Source of the DNA: a bacterium
GTDB taxonomy: Bacteria; Bacteroidota; Bacteroidia; Bacteroidales; Muribaculaceae
NCBI GenBank assembly: GCA_004559845.1
Contig: SFWW01000003.1
Location: 1 to 48,933, forward strand
DNA: 48,933 bases
Direction of reading: 5' to 3'
This document shows, piece after piece, positions 48,165-48,933 of this stretch. A program made the translations under genes and the position numbers. The notes beneath the pieces are model-generated. The model had not been told where the DNA came from and searched no databases. It was given only the letters and a program-made list of their open reading frames with translations. Position 1 is the stretch's first letter; every line of letters begins with the position of its first letter.

Positions 48165-48464
48165 ATGATGGGATGATTTAGGAGTTTATTTTTGGGTTTG
48201 TGGCTGGTGGTGAGTGCCACGAGTGTGATGGCTGAAGGCATTGAGCCAGCCATCGGTATTGTGAACCGCACAAATTGCGGGAAATTTTGGCGTTTGGATT
48301 TCAACTATGCCACCGTAGATGCCGATGGCGAAACGCCTATCGTGCTGTCGGCTGCCATTTTTATGGCAAATGATATCTACACCAAATCGCTGCGAGATAA
48401 AGGATGCGGCTTGGTGAACCACTACACCATCTACATCAACAACGGCAAAAAAGTAATAAAATAA
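48165..48464 (+). pseudogene. Remnant of a secreted protein: nonsense at codon 4 and apparent large internal deletion
   Basis: ATG ATG GGA TGA in frame with signal peptide; Y.TVDADG..IVLSAAIF...NHYTI fused directly to T9SS-type tail IYINNGKKVIK. Confidence 0.65.
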
Positions 48465-48500
48465 AAACAATCCCGCAAATCCTGAAAATCTGCGAGATTG
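48458..48500 (-). terminator. Intrinsic terminator for trxB
   Basis: Minus strand CAATCTCGCAGAT-TTTCAGG-ATTTGCGGGATTG (two G-U pairs) followed by TTTTTATTTT. Confidence 0.7.
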
Positions 48501-48527
48501 GTATGGGGAAAAAATTCGAGGTCAAGG

Positions 48528-48933
48528 TTAGAGGGTGTCGAGGTAGGCTTTGGCGTCGAGGGCGGCTCGGCAGCCGGAGCCTGCTGCCACGATGGCTTGG
48601 CGGTAATGCGGGTCGGCTACGTCGCCGGCGGCAAACACGCCTTCCACATTGGTAGCGGTGGTGGGTCCTTGCAGAGCGATGTAGCCTTGGTCGTTGAGCG
48701 CCACCTGCCCGGCAAGGAAGTCGGTGTTGGGCTTATGACCGATAGCCAAGAAGAAACCATCAATGTCGATATCCAGCATTTTTTCTTGGTCGGTGCCCTT
48801 ATATTGCACCAAATGCGCACCCTCCACAAATTGGTCGCCACGGAGCCCCACGGTGTTGGTGTTGTAGAGAATTTCGATGTTTTCTTTCTCGGTTACGCGT
48901 TTTTGCATCGCAGCCGATGCGCGCAAATAAGGC
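48528..48933 (-). CDS. trxB: Thioredoxin reductase, 3' part (5' end outside window)
   Basis: LRASAAMQ, GFFLAIGH.PNT, GVFAAGDV.D..YRQA..AAG.GC.AA. Confidence 0.95.
   Translation of the reverse strand, partial: PYLRASAAMQKRVTEKENIEILYNTNTVGLRGDQFVEGAHLVQYKGTDQEKMLDIDIDGFFLAIGHKPNTDFLAGQVALNDQGYIALQGPTTATNVEGVFAAGDVADPHYRQAIVAAGSGCRAALDAKAYLDTL

Overview
Chromosomal window from a Bacteroidales bacterium; TAnnTTTG promoters, a bat operon, T9SS-type and dockerin C-termini suggest a Muribaculaceae/Prevotella-like host. Left to right: the left end of an IS66-family element cut by the window edge; a TolC-EmrA-MFS efflux operon; two paralogous secreted glycerophosphodiester phosphodiesterases bracketing dpp5 and an AT-rich SatD-DUF3307 pair; PASTA protein and rluD; moxR-DUF58-batABCDE and neighbours; tex, a metallophosphoesterase and an acyltransferase; a glycine cleavage operon (lplA-gcvT-gcvH-gcvPA-gcvPB-lpdA); a menaquinone operon; a HAD hydrolase; a small decayed AT-rich patch; and the 3' part of trxB. 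Most of it is housekeeping. Two accessory modules stand out. (1) A translationally coupled pair of a cyclase-like/HTH protein (SatD) and a His-rich membrane protein (DUF3307), preceded by three CAAG-N8-CTTG palindromes at an exact 29-bp period next to its promoter; this is a candidate autoregulated nucleotide-signalling or defence system. (2) A four-helix-bundle gene inserted between gcvT and gcvH and bracketed by heptamer arrays in inverted orientation; this is a candidate RNA-level intervening or mobile element. Family assignments come from motif recognition, with no database search.
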